Shown here: positions 37,078 through 46,871 of the stretch, one piece after another
Layout of the letters: every line of letters starts with the position of its first letter
How positions within the stretch are numbered: position 1 is the first letter of the stretch
IMG/VR virus record: IMGVR_UViG_3300025362_000005
Span: 1 to 64,000 of that record
Source: a virus
Strand: one strand, 5' to 3'
DNA length: 64,000 nucleotides
Made by a program: the position numbers and the translations under genes
Notes under the pieces: generated by a model
What the model was told of the DNA's origin: nothing
The model's database searches: none
The model's input: the letters and a program-made list of their open reading frames with translations, nothing else

Positions 37078-37395
37078 TCATTTTTTATCTCCTTGTATGG
37101 CTTTTCTGGCTCGCTTGTTAATACATTTCAAGCATAAGCATTTCTGAGATACATCTGCATAATGCATTGAGTCTTGAGACATCCCTTGAATAATTCCAGA
37201 GTTTAGATAGTCTTTCAACGCTTCCAGTAGTGCTTTCTCAATAGGTCGTGTGTTCCAAACATTTATCGCTTCTTCCTCTGTGTTGAAACAATCGGTTGAA
37301 GCATTACACTTTGTGCATTCCATCCAAAAAACCACTATATTATTTCTTTTTATTGGTTTACTTCCGCAAAATGGACAATTCTTTAATTCACTCAT
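37078..37395 (-). CDS. Lar-family (restriction alleviation) zinc-ribbon protein
   Basis: LKNCPFCG...C..C.A......EEAI..WNTR. Confidence 0.8.
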   Translation of the reverse strand: MSELKNCPFCGSKPIKRNNIVVFWMECTKCNASTDCFNTEEEAINVWNTRPIEKALLEALKDYLNSGIIQGMSQDSMHYADVSQKCLCLKCINKRARKAIQGDKK

Positions 37396-37676
37396 TCCAT
37401 CCCCTCCAAATTGGTTGGTTGTATGGCTTTTTCTGCCAAAGCATACATTTCCATTGCTGTTTCCCTAGTTACACTTGCACAAGTATTTCCACAAATTAAC
37501 ATATAAAAGTTTAGTGCCGTTAGTAGTACTTGCTCTCTGATATGTGCTCTTTCAATAATATCGGCTGCTTCATGTAGCTGTTTAAATAGAACCGTGGCCA
37601 CCGGTTCTGACATTGCTAGAAAAACACATTTTGCAGACCTTCGCAATTCTTCTGTAACTGTATCACTCATTACCAA
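37392..37676 (-). CDS. hypothetical protein
   Basis: Packed ORF. Confidence 0.5.
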   Translation of the reverse strand: MVMSDTVTEELRRSAKCVFLAMSEPVATVLFKQLHEAADIIERAHIREQVLLTALNFYMLICGNTCASVTRETAMEMYALAEKAIQPTNLEGME

Positions 37677-37901
37677 CTCCCTCTATTATTTATATGAGTG
37701 TAATGAAAGTAATCGTCAATCAGTTTTTGCCTTGTATCATGTGTTATGTCTGCTCCACGTAATATATACAACCAACTGTTGAAATGTAATATACAACGCT
37801 CCATAGTGTGTAATTGCATACATATACATGCCTGTTCTGTGAATTGACTAATAGATTGACCTGCTTCTGCGTATAATAACGGTGTTGATGTAATTATCAT
37901 C

Positions 37902-38651
37902 CTAATTCTCCTCTGTATAATTTGCGTAAAACCCTATAAGCTCACGTGCTTCGGGAAAGAACAACTCATGGTCAACACACATACCCACTTTATCTACAGG
38001 TGTGTACAAATATGTACCGTTTTTCCACTGGGGCTCAAGTGTGTGCCAATCACTCCCTTTTTCAAAGCACATGTCAATCATTTGTTGTGTGTTTTTCTTA
38101 TGAAGCTCGCCATGACTGAATAAACTTTGTGCCAACATCTGAATAGAATTACGCTTCCAGTCAATTTGTCGCCAGTAAAAGTAATTAGCTACTTCTTCAC
38201 GTGGAATATTAAATACTCGTGCATCAAAAAGAGCAGGTGGAGGTAAAACGCCCTTTCCTACTATTTCTGGATGTGTTTTTATAAGTTGAGACTCTATATA
38301 TCTAGTGAATTCAGTACTAGCAATAGCACTTGCTACAGATACCATTTTCTGTACATTGTAGTCAAACCACCCCTGTGACCCAAACTTTGTATAATCGCAC
38401 AGCAGTAAACTTATTTCATCTGACTGCGTATAAGCTATGCGTGTGCCCTGTATTTGATTCATTAATACGCGAGTAGTATACGTCATAGCATCTTTTAATA
38501 AATCACTATAAGGTTTATCAAATCCACGTGTGTACGTGTGAAATGCCTTACCATCTAATCTCATGATAACGGGTGTACGTGCGGTTAAAAAGGTTTTAGC
38601 ACGGTTCTCATAGTTGTTCTTCATTCTATTGCCTATGTCGTCTTTCTTCAT
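37902..38651 (-). CDS. tRNA(His) guanylyltransferase / Thg1-like protein
   Basis: RMK..YE, RLDGKAFH, YTQSDEISL, FDAR, YF.WRQ.D..RNS. Confidence 0.93.
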   Translation of the reverse strand: MKKDDIGNRMKNNYENRAKTFLTARTPVIMRLDGKAFHTYTRGFDKPYSDLLKDAMTYTTRVLMNQIQGTRIAYTQSDEISLLLCDYTKFGSQGWFDYNVQKMVSVASAIASTEFTRYIESQLIKTHPEIVGKGVLPPPALFDARVFNIPREEVANYFYWRQIDWKRNSIQMLAQSLFSHGELHKKNTQQMIDMCFEKGSDWHTLEPQWKNGTYLYTPVDKVGMCVDHELFFPEARELIGFYANYTEEN

Positions 38652-39280
38652 AAAGCTATTCCCAGTGCAATACAAACTGCTAAATATATTGAACCCCCAT
38701 GTGTGTTGCCCCTATGGTTTTCACTCATTTTGGGCATATCAGGGTGGTCGTTAAACCCATGCACATGTTCTTTATAAATTGTTGTTGCTTCATCACATTC
38801 ACCTGTAATACCTTTTTCAGCAAATAAGGTTTTGAAATACTCAATAAGCTTAGATGCTTCAACACAGCAAAACAGTTCATAATCTGCACCATCTAAGAAA
38901 GCTGGTTTAAATCCACCATGATCTTGTATAATCCTGTTCATACGAATTTTAAGAGGAGTAGGTAGATTAGCGATATCAAGTAACCACATTTCTTTCGACA
39001 AATTATATTTATCAAGTTTCTGTTGTGCGTACTTGATTTTCCACTCTTTGCGTTCCCGTGCTATGTCTTCCTCAGTTTTCAGCATAATGATTAGCCCATC
39101 AAGCTTTACCCCCACAACATAACTAGCACCTTGAATCGCTAACTCTACTTCTTGCCCCTCACGCACTTCACCAATAAATTCAACACTAAATCTGGTACTG
39201 CTTGTGGTTGTAATACGCCATCTACTTCCTGATTTCGTAGCTTCTTTTACAAATCCTTCATTTCTCCAATTATATTTCAT
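38648..39280 (-). CDS. hypothetical protein
   Basis: 210-aa ORF with RBS. Confidence 0.6.
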   Translation of the reverse strand: MKYNWRNEGFVKEATKSGSRWRITTTSSTRFSVEFIGEVREGQEVELAIQGASYVVGVKLDGLIIMLKTEEDIARERKEWKIKYAQQKLDKYNLSKEMWLLDIANLPTPLKIRMNRIIQDHGGFKPAFLDGADYELFCCVEASKLIEYFKTLFAEKGITGECDEATTIYKEHVHGFNDHPDMPKMSENHRGNTHGGSIYLAVCIALGIAL

Positions 39281-39293
39281 ACCATCTCCTATT

Positions 39294-39593
39294 TTACTTA
39301 AATACGTGTACTAATTTCCATTTATCCATATAACCAAACAATGTTTCAAGCCTTGTTGTGGCTTCATATACCCCATTTTCATCTGCAATAATCCATTCAG
39401 ATTCCCCTGATGCAAACCTACAGAGTCCCACATAACTAGTAACAAGCGCTTTAATAATCTTATCATCTTTATCATGGTGTAAACTACGAGTGAAATCACG
39501 TTCCACCCAAATACTCGCTACATCATTCGCAATATCAGGTTCTATATCTGTTTCCCAAGGCCATGGAGTTAATAACCCAAATTTGTATTTCAT
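39294..39593 (-). CDS. hypothetical protein
   Basis: ORF with RBS. Confidence 0.55.
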   Translation of the reverse strand: MKYKFGLLTPWPWETDIEPDIANDVASIWVERDFTRSLHHDKDDKIIKALVTSYVGLCRFASGESEWIIADENGVYEATTRLETLFGYMDKWKLVHVFK

Positions 39594-39609
39594 AACTTCT
39601 CCTACCTAT

Positions 39610-39831
39610 TTATGCCGTGCCTAATGGCATTCCTAGTTTAATATAACAATTGGTACACCAAAACTTACCCGTCATTGCATTAAAAGTACCTTCCTCTTTA
39701 ATAACATATTGACGCGGTGTGCAGTTGTTTTCTACTGCTTCAAGAATATATTCCATAATCTTATTAGGTGTCTTATCACATCTTTTACATCTAATATCTA
39801 ATGTTGCTACCCATGCTTCTTTATCTGTCAT
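39610..39831 (-). CDS. small zinc-binding hypothetical protein
   Basis: C..C..TP....EY...EEGT.N...G.F.C..CY...GMP. Confidence 0.6.
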   Translation of the reverse strand: MTDKEAWVATLDIRCKRCDKTPNKIMEYILEAVENNCTPRQYVIKEEGTFNAMTGKFWCTNCYIKLGMPLGTA

Positions 39832-39833
39832 AT

Positions 39834-40088
39834 TTACGCCACCTCTACTAATTTATACTTCTTCACAAATGCCTCAAACTCTTCCCATACATACCAACCT
39901 GTAAGAGTACAGTTTTGAAAGTCCATTACACAAACAACAGGGAGAGTGTCGTCATGTATATAACACAAATAAGGAATGTCTACAAAGATTTTCCCGCTTT
40001 TATTACTTGCACGAATACTTAAAAACTGATCTTCTTTCTCTGTAATTAGTAAATCGTATGCCCTCTTTACCTTAGTTATTAAATCCAT
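39834..40088 (-). CDS. hypothetical protein
   Basis: ORF with RBS and upstream TTGACA promoter. Confidence 0.55.
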   Translation of the reverse strand: MDLITKVKRAYDLLITEKEDQFLSIRASNKSGKIFVDIPYLCYIHDDTLPVVCVMDFQNCTLTGWYVWEEFEAFVKKYKLVEVA

Positions 40089-40146
40089 AATTTCTCCTTG
40101 TTAATACAATACTGCATATAACTAATTTTGTCAACCCCAATACCTA

Positions 40147-41541
40147 TTATTTATACAAATCATCAAAATCATCATCACCATACAGTTCTTCAGCATTATA
40201 CACCACATGAGCCTCTTCATGTTTCTTTTTAACCACGTATTTATCATTTACTCCATGGAGCTGACACACATGATTTACAAAATTGTCAAAAATAGTTCCG
40301 GTATCAAAAGAACTAGGATATAGTTCTGGTAAACGCTCTATGTATGCTATCCACTGCTTTGTTACTTCCTTCTCACTAGTCGTATAAGGACTGCCACCTT
40401 GGGACTTAAATACAGCTATGAGCCTTAGTATCTCCTTTTGTGTATTAAGGGCTTTTACGTAGATTTGAGACAGTGTGTTGTCACTTGCATGGGGCATCCG
40501 TCTGTTAATGAGTTTACTTACAGCCTTTCTCATCACAGGACTCAGGTAGTTGAAAAACACTGAGGGCACTACAGCATCACTTTTTGTTATTCCATGACGT
40601 GCAAGGTATAAAAATGTGCTATAACCATTTCTATTACAGAAGAAATCTTTTAAACTTTTAGGTGATTTTGCCTTGTCTCCGGTATGATCAGCATCAAGAC
40701 TTTTATCAAATAAATCTATTATGTCAGTTATGTATACAAAATCTATAGGCGCTTTATAAAGGTTTTTCAAATGATTATCAAGCATAAATGGTTTATTCAA
40801 TTCAGGTTTATATGTTCCTTCAAGAATTTTATTAATTATTTCATTTGTTTGTTTATATAGTTTAGTGCTGTGATTCAAGTGCTTTACAACATTATTCTTT
40901 TTATTCCAGTATTTAATTATTTTATTATCAATACATATATTCTTATTTATATCAAATAGATTTATATTATTTTTATCAGGTTTATCTTTTATTTTATTTT
41001 CAGATTTATTATCTTTATTTTCAGATTTATTTATGTTTTTATTTAAATCATCCAGAGAGGACACATCTGCGACAGCAGGGTGTGCTATCAGGAAATTACT
41101 GTTTCCTGTCTTAAGAGAATCTACGTCAGTAGTATTCGATATAGGATAATCATTATTAATATAGTATTTATTATTCTCTGACAGGTTTTCAGACTTACGG
41201 GTTTCTGGTAAGTCGGCTTTCTTGCATGTTAAAGGCTGTGCAAAATCATATACTACATAATCCCATCCTGTAAACTGTTTAGTATCTTCACTTTTAACAG
41301 GGGTTTTTGTAACATAGCCCCTTTCTTCTAATTCCTTAAAAGCACTTCTTGTTGCTTCTCGTCCTTCTGTTGCACGGTTTTTTAGATCATATAACTTTAT
41401 ATTCCAATTAGGAGGAAGGGACATAAAATAAAAGTACAGTCCTTTGGCTCTGAATGATATTGTATTGTCTCTTAAGATAAGGTTTGGTGTTAATGTATAG
41501 TTTCCTGTAATAGTGATGCTTCTTGTAATGTTTCCACTCAT
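40147..41541 (-). CDS. replication initiator-like protein (N-terminal wHTH)
   Basis: NYT..PN...RD..IS..AKGL....MSLP.NW...EGREA.RSA.KELE..GY; low-complexity N/K linker. Confidence 0.7.
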   Translation of the reverse strand: MSGNITRSITITGNYTLTPNLILRDNTISFRAKGLYFYFMSLPPNWNIKLYDLKNRATEGREATRSAFKELEERGYVTKTPVKSEDTKQFTGWDYVVYDFAQPLTCKKADLPETRKSENLSENNKYYINNDYPISNTTDVDSLKTGNSNFLIAHPAVADVSSLDDLNKNINKSENKDNKSENKIKDKPDKNNINLFDINKNICIDNKIIKYWNKKNNVVKHLNHSTKLYKQTNEIINKILEGTYKPELNKPFMLDNHLKNLYKAPIDFVYITDIIDLFDKSLDADHTGDKAKSPKSLKDFFCNRNGYSTFLYLARHGITKSDAVVPSVFFNYLSPVMRKAVSKLINRRMPHASDNTLSQIYVKALNTQKEILRLIAVFKSQGGSPYTTSEKEVTKQWIAYIERLPELYPSSFDTGTIFDNFVNHVCQLHGVNDKYVVKKKHEEAHVVYNAEELYGDDDFDDLYK

Positions 41542-41948
41542 GACAAATGCCTCATTCTCTTATTAAGTGTATTTGGTTTTAAGTAGTTTATAGTGTATCG
41601 TTTTTGGTCAATAAAAGGGTACACGCCTTTTTCTATATCTCCTCCATTCGTTATAAACATATCTCTTAAATAAATGAATCTTTTTTTTCTATTTTTATCT
41701 GTTTCAAAGGTAACAACACTTATAATAAGATTATGTTCTTCAAGGGTTCTGAGGCTTCGTTGTACAGTTCGTGTAGATACCCCTAAATTTTCTGCTATGT
41801 ATTTGTTCGTTTTCCAAGTGTACCCCTCTTTGTAAGACAATCCTGCTAAAATACCATAAAGTATTCTATCTGTTAAAGACAACGTGGTGTCGTGCATAAC
41901 AAAATGGGGTACAACCATATAATAATTTTCCATTGCTGTATTACTCAT
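41538..41948 (-). CDS. HTH_36-like winged-helix protein
   Basis: Y..VP..V..D..LS...RILYG.L..L...GY.W.TN.YIAE.LGVS.RTV.R.L..LE. Confidence 0.8.
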   Translation of the reverse strand: MSNTAMENYYMVVPHFVMHDTTLSLTDRILYGILAGLSYKEGYTWKTNKYIAENLGVSTRTVQRSLRTLEEHNLIISVVTFETDKNRKKRFIYLRDMFITNGGDIEKGVYPFIDQKRYTINYLKPNTLNKRMRHLS

Positions 41949-42270
41949 GGTGTACCCTCATATATTGTGTAAATTCATTAGTAAATGCATACCATTTTGT
42001 TTTATCTAGTGGGTGTTTATTATAATTATGTGCTAATAATATTTTGTCAGTAGATACTAACTCTTGTATAAGTCTACTTATTTTTTTAATGGACATATAG
42101 GGTATTAATCCAGACAGGGCTTTATATGTTGTCGCTGTCCAATACCGCCCATCATGAAGATTTTCTTTGTGTAACCTGTCTATTTGTAGACACAACTCAA
42201 ATGTATTTATAATTACTGCTTTTTCTACTCCGTACTTTTCTGCTAGTTTTGTTGAGAAATAATGTATCAT
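41941..42270 (-). CDS. replisome-organiser N-terminal-like winged-helix protein
   Basis: H.F...LA.KYGVEKA....DGRYW......L....PY.S...I.R....L...NYNK...D.TKWY. Confidence 0.7.
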   Translation of the reverse strand: MIHYFSTKLAEKYGVEKAVIINTFELCLQIDRLHKENLHDGRYWTATTYKALSGLIPYMSIKKISRLIQELVSTDKILLAHNYNKHPLDKTKWYAFTNEFTQYMRVHHE

Positions 42271-42419
42271 GAAAATTTTCCTTGCAAAAGAAAAGGGATA
42301 ATGTATGCAGTGATCAAACCACACAATTTATAAGCTGTCCAACACAACAAGCTTCTTATAAATATTCATTATCCCTCTTCGTTTGTGTTGTATTTGCTGT
42401 TGATCAGTCAGTAACTATA

Positions 42420-42448
42420 CTCTATACCAATTATTAGTTTTTGTCAAG
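42420..42448 (-). promoter_or_regulatory. sigma70-like promoter upstream of a structured leader and wHTH genes
   Basis: TTGACA-17-TAGAGT. Confidence 0.6.
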
Positions 42449-42454
42449 GTACTG

Positions 42455-42934
42455 TTATTCGTAGTTTCTTGTTCGTTTAAAAAACCGTTGAACCCTATAA
42501 GCTATGGTGTCAGTGAGGCCATATAACCCGTCAATATTAAAGTAGTTAAGGCGTTGCCAGTATAGTATATCACTATCATCATCCAATATTACATAGTCGT
42601 TAAATTCTGATGGAGTACACGGTAACATATCAGCATTATCATGTAACCATTTATAGATAAGGTTGCCTCGTAGTACATGGAAAGGGATATTGTGTTTATC
42701 CGTCATTCCCACTATTTCACCGGTAAATCCTTTTGTCTCTAGTAACGCTTGTATTTCAATAATGGTGTCAAAACTCATTCTCCATGTAGATGTAATTACT
42801 ACTTTTGCTTGTGTTACATCCATAAGTTTATTTAGTGTTGTCATACATCTAGGCAATATGGGGCGTACTTCTCTAGGGGTCTCAGTTGTACATGTGTTGA
42901 GTACCCCATCTATGTCTAAAAATATAAGTTTCAT
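42455..42934 (-). CDS. HAD-domain protein (RNA-repair-associated type)
   Basis: IFLDIDGVLN, VITSTWR, RG..I..WL, YVILDDDSD, GLT. Confidence 0.85.
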   Translation of the reverse strand: MKLIFLDIDGVLNTCTTETPREVRPILPRCMTTLNKLMDVTQAKVVITSTWRMSFDTIIEIQALLETKGFTGEIVGMTDKHNIPFHVLRGNLIYKWLHDNADMLPCTPSEFNDYVILDDDSDILYWQRLNYFNIDGLYGLTDTIAYRVQRFFKRTRNYE

Positions 42935-43075
42935 CCTTTACTCCTGTTTGCAATAAATGCTTCTAAATTCTCATAAAATGATTTACTGTCTTTTGAAATA
43001 CCAACAATACGTATTACTTCATCATATTCCATATCATAATCATTTGCTGTTTGCCATATATTAAATTCTGCCATT

Positions 43076-43300
43076 TTAGTTCTCCTGTAAGCCAACAATA
43101 GTTTGTGCTAGTCGCAATGCTTGTCTTTTATTGGGGAACTCATTTAATTCATCTGCCAAGTCGTTAGCACGTTCAACATCTTCAAACTGTATTTGTATAA
43201 ACTTACGTGTTTCAGCTATACGTGCGACTTCAAACCAACTAAACCCAATTACTACAAATTTATCATCCTGTAATTTTACTGCATATTTACGGTCACTCAT
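43076..43300 (-). CDS. hypothetical protein
   Basis: ORF with RBS. Confidence 0.5.
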   Translation of the reverse strand: MSDRKYAVKLQDDKFVVIGFSWFEVARIAETRKFIQIQFEDVERANDLADELNEFPNKRQALRLAQTIVGLQEN

Positions 43301-43736
43301 TTATTTCTCCTGTGTATTGATATTTGTATGCTCTATCTACTTCACGTTGTTCCTCTAATATAGCTATTTTTATTTGCTTAATGATAAAGATAACAAGAGT
43401 CACAAGTAAATATATAATAAGCGATGCAACAGTGAGTAAAATCACTAATGCAATTCCTAAATTTGTTTCATCTGCTAATGATGCAGAGCTGTATATAAAA
43501 CCAGTGCTCCATGGCACAAAACTATTAGAAAGTAATTGTACAAAGGTAATAGGGGTGTCTACAGCCCAAAAACTACCTCCAAAAGACGCTACTACCATAC
43601 CTATTGAACCCAACAGGAAAGCGACTATCATCCCTACTATAAGTATAACTATAATGAGTACTGCTATGGATAATAACACTACTACAAGTTTTTTTGTCAG
43701 ATTCCATACTATTCTCGCAATTAATTTTAATCCCAT
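43293..43736 (-). CDS. membrane protein
   Basis: Two long hydrophobic segments. Confidence 0.6.
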   Translation of the reverse strand: MGLKLIARIVWNLTKKLVVVLLSIAVLIIVILIVGMIVAFLLGSIGMVVASFGGSFWAVDTPITFVQLLSNSFVPWSTGFIYSSASLADETNLGIALVILLTVASLIIYLLVTLVIFIIKQIKIAILEEQREVDRAYKYQYTGEINE

Positions 43737-43984
43737 AACATTTCCTCTCCCTTTTTATCAAAACAATGCCAAAAGGATTTCCCTAGTCTCGATATACTCC
43801 AAGTAAACATACTGCTAAAACTACCATCTAGCATATATTCTATGTAGCTCATAGTTCTTTTTTGTGCTATCATCTCATCAAACGCGTGTCCAAACAGCTT
43901 ATAAGCATACCCACCATACCGTTTTACATATAATGCTCCTAAATCTGATACACTATACTTTTCAATAAATTCTTGTTTGTTCAT
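43727..43984 (-). CDS. hypothetical protein
   Basis: ORF with RBS. Confidence 0.5.
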   Translation of the reverse strand: MNKQEFIEKYSVSDLGALYVKRYGGYAYKLFGHAFDEMIAQKRTMSYIEYMLDGSFSSMFTWSISRLGKSFWHCFDKKGEEMLWD

Positions 43985-44267
43985 AATTTCTCCTATTGTA
44001 TATTACATTCTATGGTTCTATTATACTGATATTTAAAAGTATTACAAGTACTACAGTATAAAATTTGTCCTTCAGTTCGACTACTGCCACATAATCTATA
44101 CAGGGTGTCGCACGTGGTGCAAATACTCTTCTTGTCGGGCTTTGGCTTTTTCGTGATCACGAACCCCCTTTACATAATCTAATCGTATGTATACACAATA
44201 TCCGAGTGGTACTCCAAAAACTGCTAATAATACTATGGTGATTGCTATCAAATTTCTTCCTTTTTCA

Positions 44268-45032
44268 TTAATAACTCTCTGCTTCTGCTTTTGTAAGGAA
44301 AAAATGTATACCGCTTGAACACTCGTTCCACCTGTTTTTGTCAAAATCTTTTACCTCTACCGTTTCACCTTTTTTATAGGTAAAATTACTATTGTAATTT
44401 GATATGCCGACATCTGCACCAATTACTTCTAATACTTTTGCTTTTGAACATCTACATTTTCTTGACGTACCACTGCTTCTTTTTGCACTTGATGGTATTC
44501 TCAATTTTACGAGTACATTAGATGTACATTTTTTCCACGCATCAAAGCTACCTGTTTCTGGACATTGTAATGCATAATGAGATGTACATTCATTTACTTT
44601 AATATTACTGAGATCAGCATACCTGAGATCAGCATACCTGAGATTAGCATACCTGAGATCAGCATCACTGAGATTAGCATACTTGAGATTAGCATCACTG
44701 AGATTAGCACCACTGAGATCAGCATACCTGAGATTAGCATCACTGAGATTAGCACCACTGAGATCAGCATACCTGAGATCAGCATTACTGAGATTAGCAT
44801 ACCTGAGATCAGCATACCTGAGATTAGCATCACTGAGATTAGCACCACTGAGATCAGCATACCTGAGATCAGCATTACTGAGATTAGCATACCTGAGATT
44901 AGTATCACTGAGATTAGCACCACTGAGATTAGCATCACTGAGATCAGCACGTTTACCACTACTTCTATTTATTAGCCACATTTCGTGTTGTTTTAAAATA
45001 AGACTTAATTCTTTTTCTGTATACGTTTTCAT
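44268..45032 (-). CDS. pentapeptide-repeat protein with C-terminal DUF5758-like domain
   Basis: About 22 A(D/N)L(S/R)x repeats, then CPETGSF..WKK...RSS.T.RKCR.SKA...FD..RW.ECS.GIHFF. Confidence 0.92.
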   Translation of the reverse strand: MKTYTEKELSLILKQHEMWLINRSSGKRADLSDANLSGANLSDTNLRYANLSNADLRYADLSGANLSDANLRYADLRYANLSNADLRYADLSGANLSDANLRYADLSGANLSDANLKYANLSDADLRYANLRYADLRYADLSNIKVNECTSHYALQCPETGSFDAWKKCTSNVLVKLRIPSSAKRSSGTSRKCRCSKAKVLEVIGADVGISNYNSNFTYKKGETVEVKDFDKNRWNECSSGIHFFLTKAEAESY

Positions 45033-45747
45033 AATTTCTCCTATTTCATATAGTTATAATTAACTATTACTAGCTTTAATCTACTTTAAACCCTGTTCCT
45101 GTGCGAGAGTTGTTAGCCCATAATCAGTATAATTTCCATAAAATGTATATGCTCTGAAATTCTCCTCATACTGGAACACTTTTCATGTCCCATTATTGTA
45201 CTCTACTCTAAACCCATTTTCTTCTAATAACTCAACTGTTTTCATTTTGTTACCTCTTTTAGTGTCACTTCAAGATTATAATATTCTCTGCGTAGTGCTT
45301 CAGCACGTTCATGTGCATCATACAATCCAATAATTGTAGCCACTTTCTTATTATCTAAATAAATGTCATATGTTTTATTCATAATCATTACCCCTTTCTA
45401 GCTCATGTACTTTGTCCTCTAATACATCATTACTCCCCCATACTGTAGTATGGCCATCAACACAATGGCGTTCAACCCACTTTGCTAAAATGTTTATTGC
45501 AAGTTCATCCATTACCAACCACTCCCCTCTAAATCCTCTATACATTCTTGTAGATAATCTACTTTTTCTTCTAACCCTTTAATCTCTTTTTCATATGCTT
45601 CATGAATTTCCATAGCAAGCATTTCCAGATCAACAACTCTAACTTATTTTAAGTTTAACACATCACAGCTACCCCACGTTACACTACTGCCATTATATGC
45701 GTTCCACTGTATCCACTGTCTTACACGTTTTACTGCTTTGTTTAAAA

Positions 45748-45948
45748 TCATTTCGTTTTCTCCAAATAGTTTTTTGCAATTTTTACACATTCTGCATCCG
45801 TTTCTGAAGTATAAAGGGTAACATCACAATAAGCAGAGCATGGACATTCATTCAGTGTGTCTTCTTCACACATCAAACCCGTTACTATCCCACTAAAACA
45901 ATTACCATTTAATTCAATTAATAATTCTGCCTTTTCTTTTTTATTCAT
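45748..45948 (-). CDS. small Cys-rich protein
   Basis: G.C...C...CP...C....A..YL, similar to the N-terminus of 26585..27679. Confidence 0.5.
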   Translation of the reverse strand: MNKKEKAELLIELNGNCFSGIVTGLMCEEDTLNECPCSAYCDVTLYTSETDAECVKIAKNYLEKTK

Positions 45949-46116
45949 TAATTACTCCTTACTACATAGTATCTTACTTTGCGATTATTGTCAAACATAA
46001 CTCGTGCAATTACTTTGTTTTCACTATTTATATGCAGTAGCAGGTCGTGAGTAGCTTGTACGGGTTTATTAAAACAGTTACAGATGAAGGTTTGATAAGT
46101 TTTTTTGTTTACTTGT

Positions 46117-46404
46117 TTAAGACTCATTTTGTACCTCTAAATTTAATACAGTGATTAATGATCTGTGCTGTCCCACTGTGTATTGACTAAAACCTGTCGG
46201 TACTGGTTTATCCCATCCATTTCTTCGTGCTTCGCTTACTGAGCTAAACAAATTAGCGCGGTGCATTAAATGAGCTAGTACAAGTTTGTCAAAGGGATTA
46301 TACACCATTGTTACTTGCCCATTGTCTACAGGAGATAAAAACAAGTCTATGTCTGCTTGATTTGTACCCGTTTTAATAAAATTAATATCTATTCTACCAT
46401 TCAT
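46117..46404 (-). CDS. S4-like (TyrRS C-terminal-like) domain protein
   Basis: LAHLMHRANLFSSVSEARRNG...F....VG. Confidence 0.5.
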   Translation of the reverse strand: MNGRIDINFIKTGTNQADIDLFLSPVDNGQVTMVYNPFDKLVLAHLMHRANLFSSVSEARRNGWDKPVPTGFSQYTVGQHRSLITVLNLEVQNES

Positions 46405-46637
46405 GATTGTTTCTCCAATAAAGCTATAAGCCAAGTGACAAACTCCGGTTTATAAAATACGTGGTGTGCTTCACATATCCATACAGTTTGCGTAGCACTT
46501 TTATTTGTAGCTTCAAGATATTGTTGTGTATAAGATTCCATATTATTAAAATCTCTGTCTTCTGTGTAAATCTCATAATCATTTTTGTTTAATGCTCTCA
46601 TCAGTTCAATTACTTTGTTTTCCTGTTCTTTTGTCAT
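46401..46637 (-). CDS. hypothetical protein
   Basis: ORF with RBS. Confidence 0.5.
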   Translation of the reverse strand: MTKEQENKVIELMRALNKNDYEIYTEDRDFNNMESYTQQYLEATNKSATQTVWICEAHHVFYKPEFVTWLIALLEKQS

Positions 46638-46646
46638 GATAAACTC

Positions 46647-46871
46647 CTATATAACTTCTAATACATACCCAATTGATAATAATTCATTGTATAAACTATA
46701 ATATTCTCGTGGTGATACGGTTTCTAGCTCAGTTATTAAATTTACATCTGCACCTCCGTGTTGCCCTACGTGCTGATATGATTCTATAAAAATGTTATTA
46801 GTAATAACTTCTGGAAATAATGCTATGACATCACCTTCTGGAAATTTACGGAAACATACTTTTGTTTTCAT
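46647..46871 (-). CDS. hypothetical early protein
   Basis: V.FRKF..GDVIALFP...SY.HVGQH...EY..L..EL..IGY pattern. Confidence 0.6.
   Translation of the reverse strand: MKTKVCFRKFPEGDVIALFPEVITNNIFIESYQHVGQHGGADVNLITELETVSPREYYSLYNELLSIGYVLEVI

Noticed and set aside
44605-44950. 15-nt periodic repeat (ctgagat(t/c)agca) resembling a CRISPR array, plus overlapping repetitive ORFs in other frames
   Set aside because: It is the coding sequence of the pentapeptide repeats and has no unique spacers; the other frames are shadows.
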